A DNA stretch of 63,662 bases, filler included, from Octopus bimaculoides (lineage: Eukaryota): assembly GCF_001194135.2 (NCBI RefSeq). It is 6 parts of 4 records of this genome, joined end to end, with 100 filler letters (N's around TTAATTAATTAA, not from the genome) between each part and the next. Parts side by side here need not be neighbours in the genome. Positions count along the whole stretch, not along the records: positions 55,770 to 62,522 come from NC_068990.1; positions 62,623 to 63,662 come from NC_068985.1; 4 more parts are not named here. One strand, 5' to 3'. Below are positions 60,340 to 63,662 of this stretch, in pieces (position 1 is the stretch's first letter; each line of letters opens with the position of its first letter). A model generated the notes under the pieces. That model did no database searches, had not been told where the DNA came from, and saw nothing but the letters and a program-made list of their open reading frames with translations. The position numbers and the translations under genes are program-made.

Positions 60340-60863
60340 ATATCAGGTCATCTCATGAGTAATGTCTGGACTTCTATATTTTCAATTTATAAATGCTTTA
60401 ACAGTATTTTAGGATGTCTCATAGCGTAAAGTAATATTTATATGTATCTGGACATATTTAAACTAATTAAATTTCATTTTGAAGGCTAATCTAATTGAAA
60501 TTTCAGTAATTATAGCTCTTCAGACATGGAAGTGTCTAAGGAGCATTTGAGGCACATAATGCTTTGTGAGTTTAAAAAAGGGAACTCTGCAGCTGAAGTG
60601 ACTCGAAATATTCACTCAACTTATGGGGAAGAGTGCCTGGATGAAAGAACTTGCAGCAGTTTTGTAAAATTCAGAAATAGAGATTTCAGCCTTGAAAATG
60701 AGGCCTGAACAGGACGTCCAATTGAGTTTGATGACAAGCTCCATTTGGCAGAACTTGAAAAAAGGATCATGCAGTTTCAGTTGAAGAATTGGAAAGCAAG
60801 CTTCATTCCAGCCATACAAATGTTCACTGCTATCTTCAACAGCTTGAAAAGCTCCCAAAACTA

Positions 60864-60865
<2 letters not shown>
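60340..60865 (+). mobile_element. 5' half of a mariner transposon
   Basis: End tatcaggtcatctcatgagtaatgtc; MEVSKEHLRHIMLCEFKKGNSAAEVTRNI..YGEECLDERTC..FSLENE..GRP.EFDD. Confidence 0.88.
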
Positions 60866-60897
<32 letters not shown>

Positions 60898-60901
<4 letters not shown>

Positions 60902-61100
60902 TTTTCTACTTTAAGCACAAGGCCTGCAATTTTGTGGGGTGGGGTAAGTCGATTACACCGATCCCAGTGTTTCACTGATACTTAATTTACCGACTCCGAA
61001 AAGATGAAAGGCAAAGTCGACCTCGGCGGAATTTGAACTCAGAACGTTAAGACGGACGAAATACCGCTAAGCATTTTGTCCGACGTGCTAACGATTCTGC
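60898..61100 (-). mobile_element. SINE family C
   Basis: Reverse complement of 34269-34480, flanked by (AAT)n. Confidence 0.88.
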
Positions 61101-61164
61101 CAGCTCACCCGCCTTATTAAGGATAATAATGACAAGTAATTAGTAGAATATGTGATTAAATAAG

Positions 61165-61497
61165 AGTAAAGACCCCGTCCGGTCATGGCTGACCATGGGA
61201 TACTCCTAGAAAGTTACAGTCCGAGGTACCAGTCGGGCAAGGTTGTTTATGGAAGACCTGCAGTCATCCTTGCATAGCACCCTCCCCTCTCCACGTCACG
61301 GATGATAGTTAAGGGAAAGGCACCAGTGACGCCGCGGCTCATTTCTACAACTGAGTGAATGGAGCAACGTGAAAAAAAAAACAAAAAAAAACAAAGTGTC
61401 TTGCTGAAGAACACAATACACAGCCAGGTCCGTGAACCGAACTCATTGCCTCGGAATTGTGAGCCTGACGCTCTAACCACTGAGCCATGCGCCTTCA
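61165..61497 (-). mobile_element. SINE family D (tRNA head plus gcaagacactt..cacgttgctcc..cactcag core)
   Basis: Minus strand tgaaggcgcatggctcagtggttagagcg (A box) and gagttcggttc (B-box-like); related fragment at 54185-54280. Confidence 0.8.
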
Positions 61498-62147
61498 CGG
61501 TTAAACATGATGGCTAAATAAAACAGAACAAATGCTAACTTGGTGAGACCAAGTTGCCGCTTCAAGATCTATTACTTATTCCACGAACGCTTTCCAGTTA
61601 AAACTCATCGATAAACTGTAAATGCCAATGTGAAGGTTGATACAATACTATTAGAGCAGGGGGGGAGGCTACTTAAACATATTGTTATATCGCAACACTA
61701 CACAGTGGTTATGAGAGCTGCGAATCCTCGTCGCCACTGTTATGTCTCAAATACTACACAGTGGCTGTGTGAGTTACGAAATCTTCGTCGCCACTGTTAT
61801 ATCTCAAGCTACTGCTATCTAGAACCCTCGGATGATTTCTACTCAACCGCTACTCGAGAGCTACTCAACACACCTACCACGGCCAGACTACCTCTATTTA
61901 TATGTCTTGGGAGATCCTATTTCTTCGCCTGGGGGTGTCGACACAACATATATAAATCTCCTATAGTCGAATGTGTTCCGTTAGTCCGAAGTGAGGAGAA
62001 TTGCTTTGTCTCGTGTGCTTTCTAGATGTTTCTATTTGTTTTTTTCTTCTATTGTTGTTTACTGCATATTTTTACACTCCTCTTCTCAATATCAAAACAT
62101 CACTTCAAAAGAGGTGGGTGGAGTTGCTATTTTATTTCATTCACATT

Positions 62148-62199
<52 letters not shown>

Positions 62200-62448
62200 T
62201 ACAGATTCACTTATCTGCACAAGTACACACTCGCGAGTGTGTGTATTTACATACATACACACATATACATATGTATATATGTATATATATATTTACATTA
62301 ATACACACTTCTATATGTATATATATTTGCATACACGCACACACACACACACACACACATACACACACACACACACACATACACACACACACACATATAT
62401 ATATGTATGTATGTATGCATGTATGTATGTATGTATCTATCTATCTAA

Positions 62449-62498
<50 letters not shown>

Positions 62499-62622
62499 CT
62501 ATCTCTCTATATATATACATATNNNNNNNNNNNNNNNNNNNNNNNNNNNNNNNNNNNNNNNNNNNNTTAATTAATTAANNNNNNNNNNNNNNNNNNNNNN
62601 NNNNNNNNNNNNNNNNNNNNNN

Positions 62623-62644
<22 letters not shown>

Positions 62645-62668
<24 letters not shown>

Positions 62669-63035
62669 GAGCACTCAGAGAGCGCAAACTTTCGCAAAAA
62701 CAACACCAACGTCCTCTCAATGATTACCCAGAGATGATTTTTAAAATGAGAATATCTGAAATAAACTCGACTGCTTTCACAAACAAGAATACTAAAAATG
62801 AGTCCGACCGCTCTCAAAACTTAAGTAAAAAAAAAAAACGGAAAACTAGTCTAGAATCCTTGTCCGGTACCGGATCGATCCCAGAATCTAATCATTTCGT
62901 GCCAGTCACGAGGCCAAACATCCCTGAGTGTTCATCCGAATCCATCCAGCGGTTCTTGAGATATCTTGTCCACGGACAAACAAACAAATACGACTGAAAA
63001 CCATACCTCCGGCTTCACTAAGGCGGAGGTAATAA
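62645..63035 (-). mobile_element. Non-autonomous Helentron/DINE-1-like element
   Basis: Terminal hairpin acctccggctt-cact-aaggcggaggt (63005-63030), (TTTG)n tract, ctggatggattcggatgaa motif, TT/AAT-rich flanks. Confidence 0.65.
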
Positions 63036-63492
63036 ACCCCTAGATAGAGGTGAATGCAGCCGTGACCGATGTCTAACAGATTGTGTATACTCCTTCAGCA
63101 GAGTACAACTTTTTCGTCTACCAACGATGGAAGAAGAAGGGAGCTCGAATTTGGAGTGAGTTGAGAAACCATCAGTTCCAGTAAAGAAAGAAAGAAAGAG
63201 AAGGAAAACGAAAAATGAACAACAGAAAATCAACAAATATACAGCAAAAACAAGCAAAAATGTCCAGACTAAAATGCATGGTAGTTTGGATGTTCTTTCT
63301 AACGAGAACACTCCCTTCGTGGGTTGCTTGAATTTCACAGGAATTTCAAGAGATAATCTTTATCGATTTAAACTACTGGAGATACTGTACTTATTGGGAA
63401 GGATTACCAAGAGCGTGCTCAGCTTTTTATGGGAGTTGAAAATCATACCAACTGTCTATAGACAGCTGTAAAGTCAAAATGGAGTTTTATAG

Positions 63493-63662
63493 GCAGCGAG
63501 CTGGCAGAATTGTTAGCACACCGGACGAAATGCTTAGTGACATTTCGTCCATCTTTACTTTTCTGAGTTCAAATTCTGCCGATGTCGACTTTGCCTTTCA
63601 TCCTTTCGCAGTGAATAAAATAAGTACCAGTTGAACACTGGAGTCGATGTAATCGACTTGCC
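63493..63662 (+). mobile_element. SINE family C, cut by window end
   Basis: aggcagcgagctggcagaattgttagcac..gtcgactttgcctttcatcctttcg. Confidence 0.88.

Overview
AT-rich, microsatellite-dense, gappy animal genomic DNA. The SINE/LINE repertoire looks cephalopod (Octopus-like); this is an inference from repeat motifs I recognise, not from a search. The window is not contiguous. Five identical 100-nt linkers (N44-TTAATTAATTAA-N44) split it into six separate pieces: 1-24288, 24389-39967, 40068-50502, 50603-55669, 55770-62522 and 62623-63662. I found no host protein-coding gene, rRNA, tRNA gene or CRISPR array that I can support. Most ORF-track entries are microsatellite or N-gap artefacts. The recognisable content is decayed mobile DNA: RTE LINEs, a full-length Tigger/pogo element, a Helitron, two mariners, hAT, piggyBac and pogo MITEs, a Helentron-type element, an RLE (R4/Dong/HERO-like) LINE tail, an Ingi/Vingi-like tail, four SINE families and at least four Penelope-like element (PLE) fragments. 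Two of the PLE fragments are invisible in the ORF track. The most interesting layer is RNA structure. Five well-formed type I hammerhead ribozymes (8992+, 15801-, 23896+, 30329+, 48502-) and several variant or dead ones sit in PLE pseudo-LTR-like contexts. Three share an extended stem II capped by a C(UUU)G triloop, with one compensatory base-pair change visible. Several abut inverted-tail junctions. One C-terminal-endonuclease PLE has an in-frame TGA at a conserved Cys position (C-N-TGA), a weak selenocysteine candidate. All structures and translations were read by eye and need computational confirmation.
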